Of a stretch of 64,000 nucleotides of DNA, positions 41,364-59,452 are shown in pieces. The notes under the pieces were generated by a model. The model had not been told where the DNA came from and did not search any database. It worked only from the letters and a program-made list of their open reading frames with translations. The translations under genes and the position numbers were made by a program. The DNA is from Eledone cirrhosa (Eukaryota): the NCBI GenBank assembly GCA_964016885.1, contig OZ024740.1, positions 221,402,001 through 221,466,000 on the forward strand. Reading direction: 5' to 3'. Within the stretch, counting starts at the first letter, position 1. Every line of letters begins with the position of its first letter.

Positions 41364-41870
41364 TATTAGAATTGGTGCTCTGAAATAGCGATATATATAT
41401 GAATGTGTATACAGTGTATTTTGCAATACACTGTATGCTTAATTAAAAGCATTTCGAAGACCTTACGCTATTGTTTTAGAGTAGTGACAGTCTCACTTAC
41501 TTTAAATTTTCAGCAAACAGGGCAGATAAAACTGACAGAGGTCTGTTTCGTACTTTTTCGTACTTATCAAAGCTAAGTTCTCCACCTGTTTGACGAAAAT
41601 CATGAATGTTTCATTCTTATAGAATTCTAGTAATAATCAGGAACTGATTATACATATAAGAATGAAACATTCATGATTTTCAGCAAACAGGTGGAGTACT
41701 TAGTTTTGATAAGTACCAAAAAGTACGAAACAGAGCTCCGTCAGCTTTATCTCACCTGTTTGCTGAAAATTTAAAGTAAGTGAGACTGTCACTACTCTAA
41801 AACAATAGCGTAAGGTCTTCGAAATGCTTTTAATTTAGCATACAGTGTATTGCAAAATACACTATATATA
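41364..41870. mobile_element. Fold-back cassette related to the 2131-3824 monomer, U3-A8 HHR in both arms (minus 41530-41574, plus 41702-41746)
   Basis: AGYT-TTGATAA-GTAC(6 nt)GTAC-GAA-ACAGA..TCTGT-C-AGTT; 18-bp extended stem I; arms about 41401-41620 / 41655-41866. Confidence 0.8.
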
Positions 41871-41897
41871 AATTTATATATATATATATATATATAA

Positions 41898-42510
41898 ACA
41901 TGGTGGCTGCCAACTCGTTTTCGAGTACGGCCACTACTTTATATCAATGTAGGAGAACACCTACAGATGCGCTGAACGAGTGTGACCTTTTAGTCCAGCC
42001 AGCAACTTGAAAACTCTGGTACAAACACTACACTTGTGACAATTATTGACACATAGTGCTGGGCCCATGGTACCATGTGATGACAAGTGCAGAGAGCTCT
42101 CCAGATATAAAGCAATGCCTGTGCCGTGAAGCTTTTATAGTGAGCAAAGGCACTGCACAAAGCCAGTCCCACTCTCTTAACCAAGATGATATTTACCAAA
42201 AAGAAGAACAAGTCAACATCATTGGATACCATCAGGGTTGCAGGTGTTATATCAGAGTTTTCCTTCTCCTAGAATTCTGCCTTGACAAAGGCTAAGGGGT
42301 CATCTCTCCCGGTGATTTTGGATGGCCATTGACTCTTAAGAGGTCCTTTGCCCTTTGACAGGTTTTGTTTTTAGCCCTGCAGGATGTCCAAAGTCACCCT
42401 CCTCACCAAGAAACCTTGGCGGGGTTGCAAGTTTAGTCGCCAACGACCCGACCATGAGGCAGGTTGTACTGGGATACATGTTACCAGTAGCACCAACTGG
42501 TGACCTGACA
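41898..42510 (-). mobile_element. Non-autonomous retroelement (RTE-associated, inferred)
   Basis: Minus strand contains AGGAGAAGGAAAACTCTGA, recalled from RTE-related UTRs; second partial copy at 1737; terminal structured motif shared with 46205-46292; orientation uncertain. Confidence 0.5.
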
Positions 42511-42611
42511 TAATATATATACATATATATAAACATATATACATACATACTGACATAATATATATACATAATATATAAACATATATACATACATACATAC
42601 ACACACGCACG

Positions 42612-42703
<92 letters not shown>

Positions 42704-42717
42704 CACACACACACACA

Positions 42718-42806
<89 letters not shown>

Positions 42807-43258
42807 CAATTCCAATTTGCAATGATAAAGATTACTAGCATTGTGTTGATACACTGCTTCAGACGTATTCATAGAATATATTGTGATTTTCATGACACAG
42901 GGTTTTGTTTATGTTTCAATAACACAGATCCAGAGACGTAAGCGGATTTGTCATAGATTTATAGCAATGGCCTCCATTATTTTCATTGCAGACTAATTGA
43001 TTTTATTGCTCTTGTTATTATTATTTAGTTGTTCCAGTCTCTGGATTGTGGCCATGCTGGGGCACTGCCTTCAAGTGTTTTAGACGCTATTATCGACTCC
43101 CGATATATTTTTTCAGGTACCTATCTGATGGATCTATTTATGTCTTATCGATGCTCCCTATCTGTTTGTCAGTCTGTCTTTCTCTCTTTCTTTCATTTTC
43201 TTAAATTCTAACATGTCTCACACACACACACACACACACACACAGACAGACACACACA

Positions 43259-43335
<77 letters not shown>

Positions 43336-43337
43336 GC

Positions 43338-43402
<65 letters not shown>

Positions 43403-43406
43403 CATA

Positions 43407-43605
43407 TAGGAAAAGAGTCAGGACCCCGACGGCTGAGCTCCGGCCGTTTCGACAGCTAGATCTGAAATGATCTAGCTGTTGAAACGGCCGGAGCACAGCC
43501 GTCGGGGTCCTGACTCTTTTCCTATGACCCACTCTACTACTCTAAGTATCCAGTACCCTGGTGCGTTATGGTCCGCCTGGTTTCTTACCACACTTCCTTC
43601 GTTAT
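43407..43605 (+). mobile_element. Fold-back cassette family D (HHR 3' half, hairpin-centred)
   Basis: Inverted arms around TGAAAT (43463-43468); GAA-ACGGC(9 nt)GCCGT-C-GGGG; tail homologous to 6770-6865. Confidence 0.7.
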
Positions 43606-43624
43606 ATATATATATATATATATA

Positions 43625-43701
43625 TTGGTTTGTAACATAAATTCCCGCCGTTGTTATAATTTTTTTAGTAAAAAACGACGGGAATTTATGTTACAACCTA
43701 A
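43625..43701. mobile_element. Mariner-type MITE of about 78 bp
   Basis: TIR TTRGGTTGTAACATAAATTCCCG in a TA target; second copy at 45036-45113. Confidence 0.75.
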
Positions 43702-43716
43702 TATATATATATATAT

Positions 43717-44055
43717 ACCAATACCTATACCTACATTGGCTCTACTTCTACCTCTTTTAAAGCAAGATTCTATAATCATTCTTCTTCATTTAAATATCCA
43801 CTTAAAAGGACCAGCACCGCACTCTCAGAGATTATTTGGTCATTAAAAGACAAAAACATTAATTACGAAATTTCTTGGCGTAAAATCTACAACGCATCTC
43901 CATACTCCAATGCTTCCATATCTCGTGTTTGTAATTTATGTCTAGTTGAAAAATTTACCATTATCTCGAATTTCAACTCTATAATAAATAGAACAGATTT
44001 ATTTGGCCTTTGTATTCATAAATCCTTCAAGACTTTTCATAAAGTATATAGCTAA
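43717..44055 (+). pseudogene. PLE GIY-YIG endonuclease 3' remnant (not in the ORF track; no start codon)
   Basis: TYIGSTSTSFKARFYNHSSSFKYPLKRTSTALSEIIWSLKDKNINYEISW...VCNLCLVEK...NRTDLFGLCIH...*; homologous to the 40278 ORF. Confidence 0.85.
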
Positions 44056-44864
44056 TGTCCTATAACTTTTTCCACGAATAATGGTTAATTTTTTTACACA
44101 TATTTTTTTACATATATATATTTACATATATATATTTTTTTATATATTTTTTTATACATATTTCATTATATTCTACAATGTATTAATTTAGTTTTCTCAG
44201 CATATTTTAAGCCTTTGACCTTTTTTCGATAGTCTTAAATTTTCGCTAAAACCTTCGTAGATTTTGTAAACAAACTATGACGTCATATGTTTTTTCTACG
44301 TTTATAAATCATTCTAGCAATTTCCTTTATATACCCCACATATATAGATTTTTAACAGAAATTTTTAATTTTGACATAGATAGACTATTTTTATTTTTTA
44401 ATTTAATTTTAATTTATTTTATATAAAAATCTCTTTTTATACTTATTTTAATTTAATTTAATTTTATTTTATTAATACATTTTTACACTTCCTAATCCAA
44501 GTTTTAGTATTTAAACCCAATATAAAATAATATACCCAGTTTCTATATTTTAGACCTCCAACATTTGAATACCATCTATAATATTCGCACATACACCTTA
44601 TTAATCTACCTTTTAACCGTTATCTACAGCTGTTTTCATTTTGACAGCGTTCCTGATCAAAGTCTCTCTCTCTCTCTTTCTCTTTCTCTCTCTTCCTTCT
44701 TTCTTTTTTTCTTTTTTCCTCTTCTCACTTTCTTTTTCCTTTTTCTCCTTCTTTTCTTTTTTTCTATTTTCCTATCTTTTTCTTACTATTATATTTTCTG
44801 TCATATGTAGGTTTTGCACTTTCCTGTTGACAAGTGTTTTTAGGACTCATATCATGTTACCTTA

Positions 44865-44930
44865 TTTTATCTGATGAGAACACAACTTTTGTCCCAAGAT
44901 GATGTTGTTTTCGAAATGCGCATAATAAAA
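44865..44930 (+). ncRNA. Type I HHR at the 3' end of the 43717-44975 PLE fragment
   Basis: TTTTAT-CTGATGA-GAACACAAC..GTTGTTTTC-GAA-ATGCGCAT-A-ATAAAA. Confidence 0.85.
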
Positions 44931-44966
44931 TATATGGAACTTCTTTAACCATCTTTTAATTTCTTC

Positions 44967-45035
<69 letters not shown>

Positions 45036-45039
<4 letters not shown>

Positions 45040-45109
45040 GTTGTAACATAAATTCCCGCCGTTTTTATAATTTGTTTAATAAAAGAACCGCGGGATTTTA
45101 TGTTACAAC

Positions 45110-45113
<4 letters not shown>
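45036..45113. mobile_element. Mariner-type MITE of about 78 bp (second copy)
   Basis: Same TIRs as 43625-43701. Confidence 0.75.
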
Positions 45114-45156
<43 letters not shown>

Positions 45157-45157
<1 letters not shown>

Positions 45158-45321
45158 GAGTCTTGTTACTCTGGAGTTTCACCCGTTTACCACAGTGTCA
45201 TCTGATGACCCTGTGATAAGCAGGCGAAACTCTAGTGTAACAAGACTCACTATTTAGCCTTAATAATATGAATATTAAAACTCTACCTCTGTATTGTTCT
45301 CTTTTCTCTCAGCCGTCAACC
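45157..45321 (+). mobile_element. Fold-back cassette family M centred in an HHR core
   Basis: Inverted arms centred on CATC-T-GATG (45203); CTGATGA-C-CCTG(TGATAAG)CAGG-C-GAAAC; tail homologous to minus 8797-8890. Confidence 0.7.
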
Positions 45322-45355
45322 ACACACGGACACACACACACGCGCGCGCGCACAC

Positions 45356-45419
<64 letters not shown>

Positions 45420-45438
45420 ACGCGCACACACACACACA

Positions 45439-45525
<87 letters not shown>

Positions 45526-45531
45526 GCACAC

Positions 45532-45581
<50 letters not shown>

Positions 45582-46029
45582 GTATATATATATATATATA
45601 TATAGATACATAGACAGATATATAGATGTAGATATAGATATACGAGGAATGTTCCAAACACTTCAGTTCTATATCAGTGCGTTGCTGTATTTTCTTTACA
45701 GGGAAATCATTGTTGATGATTAAAATAAGGGACGTAGACTCACAACAAATAGGTTCCAAAATAAATACTCTTGTCGATATAACTGATTATGTTCTTGAAA
45801 GCCGCATCAGCCATTGCTATAGTACAATCAATGATTGAAAGAAAAAAGAAATATTAAAAAATTCTCTCTCTTCTTATATATATATATATACATGTGTGTG
45901 TGTGAGTGTGAGTGTGTGAGCGTGCGTGTGTGCGTGTGTGCGTGCGTGTACGTGTGCGTGTGCGTGTGGTTGTGTGCGTGCGTGTACGTGTGTGTGTGTG
46001 CGTGTGTGTGTGTACGTGTGTGTCTATCG

Positions 46030-46098
46030 GGGATAGTAGTGGTTAGGTTTCCTGGATTCCACGCAGGCGGTCCGGGTTTGATTCTCGCCATGGGAACT
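46030..46098 (+). pseudogene. tRNA-Glu-like pseudogene or SINE head
   Basis: AGTGGTTAGGTTTCCTGGATTCCACGCAGGCGGTCCGGGTTTGATTCTCGCCATGGGAA resembles eukaryotic tRNA-Glu, but the acceptor stem and anticodon are degraded. Confidence 0.5.
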
Positions 46099-48590
46099 TG
46101 ATATTTTGAAGGCGAGTGGATCAGTGGTTAAATCTTTAACAGCTCTTATTTTCTCTGCTGTTTGGGTTCCCCTAACTCTCTTCACTAGACCAGGGTCTGG
46201 TGAGAGAGCCGGTTTAGTCGCCGACCACTCGACTATGAAGCTGGTTGCACTGGGTTACATGGTACCAGTAGCAGGTAGAAGCCTGACCTGAACATCATGA
46301 AATGTTGCATATCCTAAAACATAATAGTTTTGATCTAACCTTTAAATATTTCATCGACCCAAGGGTTATTTTCTCTACTAAAAAAAAAAGGCAGAATCAA
46401 AACCAGATTCCTGGAGAACAGAACAAAATCTAAAACAACTACGAACTACGCCTCAGTTCATATACCTCATTTGTATAACATTTAAACCCCATTTATCTAC
46501 CAGCTAAAAAAACAAAACGAAACAAAAAACTATCTAACTCCATCTTAAAATTCCTTCGGGAAATTTAAATTCCAGCATATTAACACTTTTACACGTTTAT
46601 ACTTTCGTTTATATCTATTCTGAATCTTTCTATCTTTCTTTTCTACAACTGTAACTAGTTTAACTCTTTCTCCTTTATTGCAAAGAAATATTTTCATTTA
46701 ATGACCATATTACCATCGTCGGCTCTTTATCCTCCCTCTGGTAGGTTCTCCCAAGAACAAGTAATTTAGGATCTTTTTTTCTCTTCTTTTCATTTTGATT
46801 TCATTGTGTTTTATTTCTTTTACCATAAACGATAGAGTTTAGGGAGCAATTTGGTTACGTCAATTTTCTATTGCCATTCACTATTAATGATTGGTGCAGG
46901 ACAGATTTTCTGTTTCAGGATAAATCGGAATTGATTTAGTAATGATAATTATGATAATAACATGAATGATATTAATAATTTATTATATCGTAATCATAAT
47001 CCGAATTTAGAGGAAACGGCCAATACAGAATTATGTGATCTTCATGTAGAACATCAAATAAGGTGCCTTGTGGTATTTTTCGGCTCTTTACATTCTGAGT
47101 TCAAATTCCACCAAGGTAAATTTTACCTTTCATCCTTCCGGAGCTTTTGTCTAAATTAGAAATTAATATAATCAATCGACTTTTCTTCCTCCCACCACAG
47201 TTCTGAGCTTATATCTGTTAGAAACGGTTGTTGTTGTTGTTGTGATTGCTGTTGCTATTGGTACGAGAGCAAATGTCTACGCTTCGCTCCGAGTATTTTG
47301 GAATTTTTACCAAGTATAACTGAAACAAAAATATTTCTTTTTGGATAATTAAATTTTCAAACAAATATGAAATTAACGAACCGCTGATTCCATGAAATCA
47401 AAATTCAATAATATTTCTTATTACTTGTCTATCGATTTTTCTCCTGTTTTATCAGGCTTAAGGGCCCATGAACCCGAAACACCGTTGTAATGTAAAAAAT
47501 GAATGTCGCCTCTTAAAAAAGGTATCTGTATTGTTGACGCACTCTATAATTGTGATGCCACACATTGCTTCTGAAAAAGTTTCCACAAATCCAAATATGC
47601 CAAAAGAAAAAAAATATATAAATTTTTACATGGCCGTAATAACATCGAAGAAAATCTGAACTAATTGAGTTTTGAACAAATGAAAGAATTCAGTGGCATC
47701 GATCAACTAGTACTGTTGGTTAGCGAGAAAGAGACACAGCAAACTACAAGTGATACAATTTATTCGTAGTTGCTGTCGGACGTTTCCGTTGACCGACAAA
47801 TACGAATTTAATGAACTCTTGTAATTAAACGTCTTAGTGGTTAGGGTGTTGAATACCCAAATTGTAAGGTCATGGGTTCGATTCTTTGACCGGGCGCCGA
47901 GTTGTTGTTTTTTTAACGGCACATTTCACTTGCCGTTGCTCCAGGGACTTAACTGAAAAAAAATGTATACCAGCTATAGCTAATGTTTAACTCTGCAAAG
48001 GAGTGGAGTAAGAAACCAAGATAAGTTCACGGTTGATGAGTTTCTAAGCTCAACAGAGATGTTTCTGTCTACACCAGGTCAGAACCTTATCTCGTCTCTA
48101 TAATTCACATCCCTGCTTATCATGTTTAAGGGACAATCCTCCTGAAATATCGATGTATTGAAAGAAAGAAATACCACTTATTAACACAAGTATGCATTGT
48201 TGAAGATTCCTAATTTTACTATCTTTTTTTTTCATTCACACAATGATTCTAGAGTTTCCTCAAACCTAAATGCTATAATTTGATTTAGTTTTTATTATGT
48301 TTAGAAGCCAACCGTTTTCAACAATTACTAGCTTAAATATTTCGTTTTCCTTCCTTTTCCTTAATTCTTTTGAAGTATTACCATTGATTTTTCATTGGCT
48401 TCTATCTGTCAATGTAACTGTTGATGTGTTCATACTTTTCATTCTCTGAAATGCTAACGTGACCAGGCAACAGCGAAATCGCTGCAATTTAATCTTATAT
48501 AAACATTATATACCAATAAACATTATATACTAATTTCATGCAAATCAATATATTTGTGTGTATGTGTGTTTATATATATATATATATATA

Positions 48591-51456
<2,866 letters not shown>

Positions 51457-51589
51457 GTATATATATATATATATATCACGATAATTTAACAGAGCCACAG
51501 ACTCTCGCTATTCCCTGTCATTAATGTGCTCAAAGGAGAAGGAATTCCGAGCCCTTTATAATACAATATGTGTGTTATCTTCTCTACAT

Positions 51590-51683
<94 letters not shown>

Positions 51684-52023
51684 TAGAATGGAAAACGAAA
51701 AATTAGTGATGCATCGGAACTCAATTTATTGTGTGTTACAATTGTTTCCCCGGCGAACAGCTCGAGAGGCGATCCGGGTGTGGATCTATCTGACTTGCAG
51801 GTTCCTCAATAGACGTGTCCGAGGAACCTGCGAGTCTAGAGTCAGGTCGATCCACACAGATCGCACCTCGAGCTGTTCGTCGGGGAAACAATTGTTACAC
51901 ACAATAAATTGAGTTCCGATACATCACTGATTTTTCGTTTTCTATTCTATAATACTCTGCTCTGTAGGAGCATAGAGTGCTCAACCGGCATACCGCCTAT
52001 AGAAGCATCTTAGCTACCATTAG

Positions 52024-52030
<7 letters not shown>
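51684..52030 (+). mobile_element. Fold-back cassette family B (second copy)
   Basis: Arms 51684-51807 / 51821-51950 plus tail; homologous to 3905-4283. Confidence 0.7.
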
Positions 52031-52105
<75 letters not shown>

Positions 52106-52213
52106 TTACATTAGAGAAGATAGATAGATAGATAGATAGAAAGATCGGTAGATATACATACATATATGTATGCACGCATATATAGAAAGAATATATAAAA
52201 ATTCATACTATAC

Positions 52214-52309
<96 letters not shown>

Positions 52310-52312
<3 letters not shown>

Positions 52313-53165
52313 ATACTATTTGTAGTTATGTATAAATAACCACAAACAGGAAGATCAGTAATTTCTTAATAACCTTATTACCAGCAAGGGAAATAGCTCA
52401 ATGTATGAACATCAGTTATTTAACAGACCAGTTAAATCAATAAATTATACAATTATCAAAGTTGTGTTCAAATCATTTAATAGCTGACAATCGTTTCTTC
52501 CAAACTCTCGTTTGGAGTCATCGGAGCATTATCAATGTTTGCACATATAATTCACCTCCTATTCAACTGAACAATAATATAGATACATCGTATTTACAGG
52601 ATGGAATGGATGCGACATATATTTTACGAGAATTGTACAATAATTGTACAAGCATTCAAGTTCAAATTAAAATTAAAATCAAAATTAAATTAAAATCAAA
52701 ATCAAAATCAAAAGCACGGAGAGGAATACATGCAACAGTTAAAACATGTATATGACTTACGCAGTCACAATATCCACATGCCTGCATATGAATTGTTATC
52801 GCACTCTTCCTTTCTCAAAACTGCTTCTTCAATGCCTCTTTAATATTTGGAATGTTCCCTTGTTTTAACTGTTGCATGTATTCCTCTCCGTACTTTTGAT
52901 TTTGATTTTAATTTGAATTTGAACTTGAATGCTTGTACAATTATTGTACAATTCTCGTAAAATATATGTCGCATCCATTCCACCCTATAAATACGAAACT
53001 GTTGCTCACAACATCAATTTATATGTATCTATATTATTGTTCAGTTGAATAGGAGGTGAATTATATGTGCAAACATTGATAATGCTCCGATGACTCCTAA
53101 CGAGAGTTAGGAAGAAACGATTGTCAGCTATTAAATGATTTGAACACAACTTTGATAATTGTATA

Positions 53166-53169
<4 letters not shown>
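52310..53169. mobile_element. Fold-back cassette family G with U4C HHR in both arms (minus 52483-52527, plus 53084-53128)
   Basis: Arms 52441-52746 / 52863-53169; GCT-CCGATGA-CTCCWAAC..GTTWGGAA-GAA-ACGATTGT-C-AGC. Confidence 0.75.
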
Positions 53170-53234
<65 letters not shown>

Positions 53235-53238
<4 letters not shown>

Positions 53239-53702
53239 ATTTGTTTTTGATTTATCTGAAAACGCGTGTTGAAGCAGATATTGTTATACTTTGGGAGGGT
53301 CATGTTACCAATAAAAACACACGTACCTGCTGGTTTTAACTTCATTTTATCAAGAATTTCCTGTTGGTTGGTTCAATAACCGAATGGTTGTTTATATATT
53401 GTCAAATCTATTTCGTCACACATTTTATTACATCCTCAGTAACTGATCTCTTATTTTGTGTCTCTCCCTTGTTCTGTCCTACAACATCTTGTTTTTGTGT
53501 AAGGCAAAACAAAGGAGAATAACAAAATAAGAAATCCGTCACTGAGAAGGTCACAAAATATGTGACGAAAGAGCTTTGACAATATATAAACAAATATCCG
53601 GTTATTGAACCAACCAACCGGAAACTTATAATTGAATTGAAGTGAAAACCAACAGGTGCGTGTGTTTTTATTGGCAGCATGACCTTCCCAAAGTATAACA
53701 AT
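53235..53702. mobile_element. Fold-back cassette family H (older, diverged) with HHR motifs
   Basis: GTCA-CTGAGAA-G-GTCACA..TGTGAC-GAA-AGAGCT-T-TGAC at 53538-53580 and an inverted copy at 53401-53443. Confidence 0.65.
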
Positions 53703-53833
53703 AAAAAGAAATATAATCATAATACAGATCCTTATGAACAAAACGTTGGTCCACTGACCTGCTTTGTCTCAGAACATGACAACCAGTCTAACCCATGCAA
53801 ACATCAAACAACATTAAACAATGATGATGATGA

Positions 53834-54101
<268 letters not shown>

Positions 54102-54203
54102 GTACATCAGATAAAATAAGTATTTCTGTTGGAATGATGTTTACGTAAATAAAGAACAAAATAGACAGATCAGAGAGAGAGAGTGAGAGAGAGAGAGAGA
54201 GAA

Positions 54204-54390
54204 ATAATTGTTTCTACTTTTGGCACAGGGCCAGCAAATACCCAGTACATTACTGGTACTTTATTTTATCGACCCCGTAAAGATGAAAGGCGGTTAAGCT
54301 CGGCGGGATTTGAACTCAGATCATAAAGGGCCGTAACTCTATGCTGCAAAGCACGGCGTCCGACCCTCTACCGATACTACCAATCCATCC
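54204..54390 (-). mobile_element. SINE family 1
   Basis: Core on the minus strand; GAGAGAAATAAT flanking repeats. Confidence 0.8.
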
Positions 54391-54751
54391 GAGAGAGAGA
54401 AATAATAGGCGTCATCTCGGCACCAACTCGCCGCTAAAAAAGACAACAAAGGCACTGACTGCATTATAACTCTCTCCTCATACATGCATTATTGACTGTA
54501 TTGACTCCTGCATTGTACACCTATTGTCCTTGCTTATAACTTCTTTCCCTGTGGTTTTTTGCTTGTGCTTTTTACTTTTACTTATACCTATTACACTTCC
54601 AACCAGTGCTGCCTGTAATTGTGTTATTTCAAGCGGAACATCTTTTTAACTCCTGAATCTCCACATGATGCCTTTGACACTAATAACAACTATGTACCCT
54701 AAATGTTCTAAATGACTAGGATTCTAGTTACACGTTTTCGACATTCCTTAT

Positions 54752-54796
54752 GCTCCGATGATTCCAGACTTACTCCTGGAAGAAACAATTGTCAGC
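54752..54796 (+). ncRNA. Type I HHR, U4C variant
   Basis: GCT-CCGATGA-TTCCAG(ACTTACTC)CTGGAA-GAA-ACAATTGT-C-AGC. Confidence 0.75.
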
Positions 54797-54971
54797 TAAT
54801 AAATGTACTAAACTAAAATTCGATCGTTTTAACAGTTTTATCTCGGCTCTGTAAAACACTTGAAAATTTGCATTGAGCCTTTTGTCATACCGGTAACCGG
54901 CTAGTACTTAGTACTACCCTACATATTTATAGTTATATCAAACATATATAAATATAAATATAAATATTACA

Positions 54972-55006
<35 letters not shown>

Positions 55007-55055
55007 ATATTGTAATATTTATATAAGTGGTTACACAACAGTTAGTTCACCATAC

Positions 55056-55093
55056 CGAGAACAATTGTTTCACCTTAGCGGATCCTCAGCTCG
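55056..55093 (-). ncRNA. Minimal type I HHR
   Basis: CGAG-CTGAGGA-TCC(GCTAA)GGT-GAA-ACAATTGT-T-CTCG in a TA-flanked cassette. Confidence 0.65.
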
Positions 55094-55214
55094 TAATGGA
55101 CATCCTAACTCGTCCCATAGACTGAGTGCTCTACCACTACGGATATTACCTTCCAGTGTTCTACCATATATATATATATATATGATTCTTACTCTCTCTC
55201 TCTATATATATATA

Positions 55215-56415
<1,201 letters not shown>

Positions 56416-56475
56416 CTCTGAATTTGCGTTACGTTTCGCTTTTTCTACCCGCCGAAATGCGATTCTCGCTGAATT

Positions 56476-57323
<848 letters not shown>

Positions 57324-57479
57324 TATATAAGTTTATCTTGGGTTCAATCTGGGGTAACCACAGTATGTACTCAATACATAGCAGAATATGAATATTTAAA
57401 CGGCTTCTGATGATTTCTCCCGAATGAAACAGTTCTAGTCCTGTAGAAGCCATTTCTATATTAAATATATATATATATA

Positions 57480-58038
57480 TTTCGTTTCTGAATTTGTTTA
57501 GCAAGATTCTTTATCTGAAAACGTGTGTTGAAACCGATATTGTTATACTTTGGGAGGGTCATGTTGCCAATAAGAAACACACACACCAGTTGTTTCACTT
57601 CAATTTATTATAATAAATTTATAAATTTATAAATTTCTGGTTGGTTGGTTGGTTCCACAACCAGATGGTTGTTTATATATTGTCAAAGTTCTTTCGTCAC
57701 ACATTCTGTGACCTCTTCAGTGACTGGGGGCTCTTTTCTTTGCTTTTTGTGCCTCTCCTTTGTTCTGACCTACGCCATCTTGTTTTTTTTTGTTTTTGAA
57801 CAAGATGGCGTAGGACAGAACAAAGGAGAGGCACAAAAAACAAAGAAAAGAACCCCCAGTCACTGAAGAGGTCACAGAATGTGTGATGAAAGAACTTTGA
57901 CAATATATAAAAAACCATCTGGTTGTGGTACCAACCAACCAACCAACCAAAAATTTATAAATTTATAAATTTATTATAATACATTGAAGTGAACAACTGG
58001 TGCGTGTGTTTCTTATTGGCAACATGACCCTCCCAAAG

Positions 58039-58043
<5 letters not shown>
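57480..58043. mobile_element. Fold-back cassette family H (young) with HHR in both arms (minus 57682-57724, plus 57859-57901)
   Basis: Palindrome centred near 57790; GTCA-CTGAAGA-G-GTCACA(GAATG)TGTGAY-GAA-AGAACT-T-TGAC. Confidence 0.8.
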
Positions 58044-58121
<78 letters not shown>

Positions 58122-59134
58122 ATATATATATACCTTTTCGTTTTTTCGTTACCTAATTTCTAATGAATGACACTGACTATGATTTTTAAATCATTTTGAC
58201 AATAATAAAAATTCAAAGGGGTTTAGTAATACAATTAACTTTCTCAATATTATGCGGTTGTTTGACGCATGATTTAATCAGTTCCTTGCAAAAATTCATG
58301 ATAACAGGCTTTTAGAAAAATATAAATATCTTAAAATAAACGGCGTAGTAGTGTAGGCCTAAGGGCAGTGACGATTATTAGCTTTTTAATATCTTATTAT
58401 AATGTGATTAGCCTATTTGTTTCATCTAGGTGAGGAACACAGACCCGTCGTAAGGATTTTGGCCTCGTGGGAAGGGCTCTTTATAATATTCTAAGTGTGC
58501 ACTATTTCCCAAGGAACGTACTTCAGTTTGTTTGTTGTTGTTGTTTTTAATAACTCTATTTTCTATATGTGAAGGTGCACAATTGAAAAGTAGGGGCACC
58601 GAGCTATCCTATGCTCCACCCACTTTGGCAACGAACCTGGGTTATATATAGCAAGTTATACGCATTGTAGAAGTTAAGCATTAGCAATGAACAGTTGTAA
58701 GAAACTCTCAGGAGAGCTGGACAGAAGAAGGTCTTCAGAGGATAAAAACCCTCAAGCGAGTGTTTTTCCCCTTAATCTAACAGAATATAGTTCAATAATA
58801 CTATTTGCAACAGTAAACTTAGTTCCCACTGTTTCAATTATATATTAGTGAATGGGGAGGGCAGATGTAAGTTTTCACTATGGATACAGCACAACAATAT
58901 TAAGTAGGCATTAAACATGAACCCTAATAGTTAAGAGTATAACAAGCTATCATTCCGGAAACCACGTTTTCTCTGTTTCATTCACTCCCTCTCTCACTCA
59001 ATCACTTCTTCACCCCCTCACAATCTCTGTACGCAAGGTTGCACCATATATTAATATAATATGATAAATTTATGCATATACATGTACATATACATAGATA
59101 CACACATATACACACACACGCACATACGTCTATG

Positions 59135-59243
<109 letters not shown>

Positions 59244-59312
59244 TATATATTGTTATGCTTTGGGAGGGTCATGTTGCCAATAAGAATCTTGCTAAACAAA
59301 TTCAGAAACGAA

Positions 59313-59370
<58 letters not shown>

Positions 59371-59373
59371 GTG

Positions 59374-59452
<79 letters not shown>

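Noticed and set aside
46030-46098. Functional tRNA gene
   Set aside because: Acceptor stem and T-loop are degraded; treated as a pseudogene or SINE head. SINE A/B boxes elsewhere are likewise not tRNA genes.
58439-58640. Possible MITE with degenerate CAGRYYCGTYG ends
   Set aside because: TIR match is weak, no TSD identified, single copy in the window.
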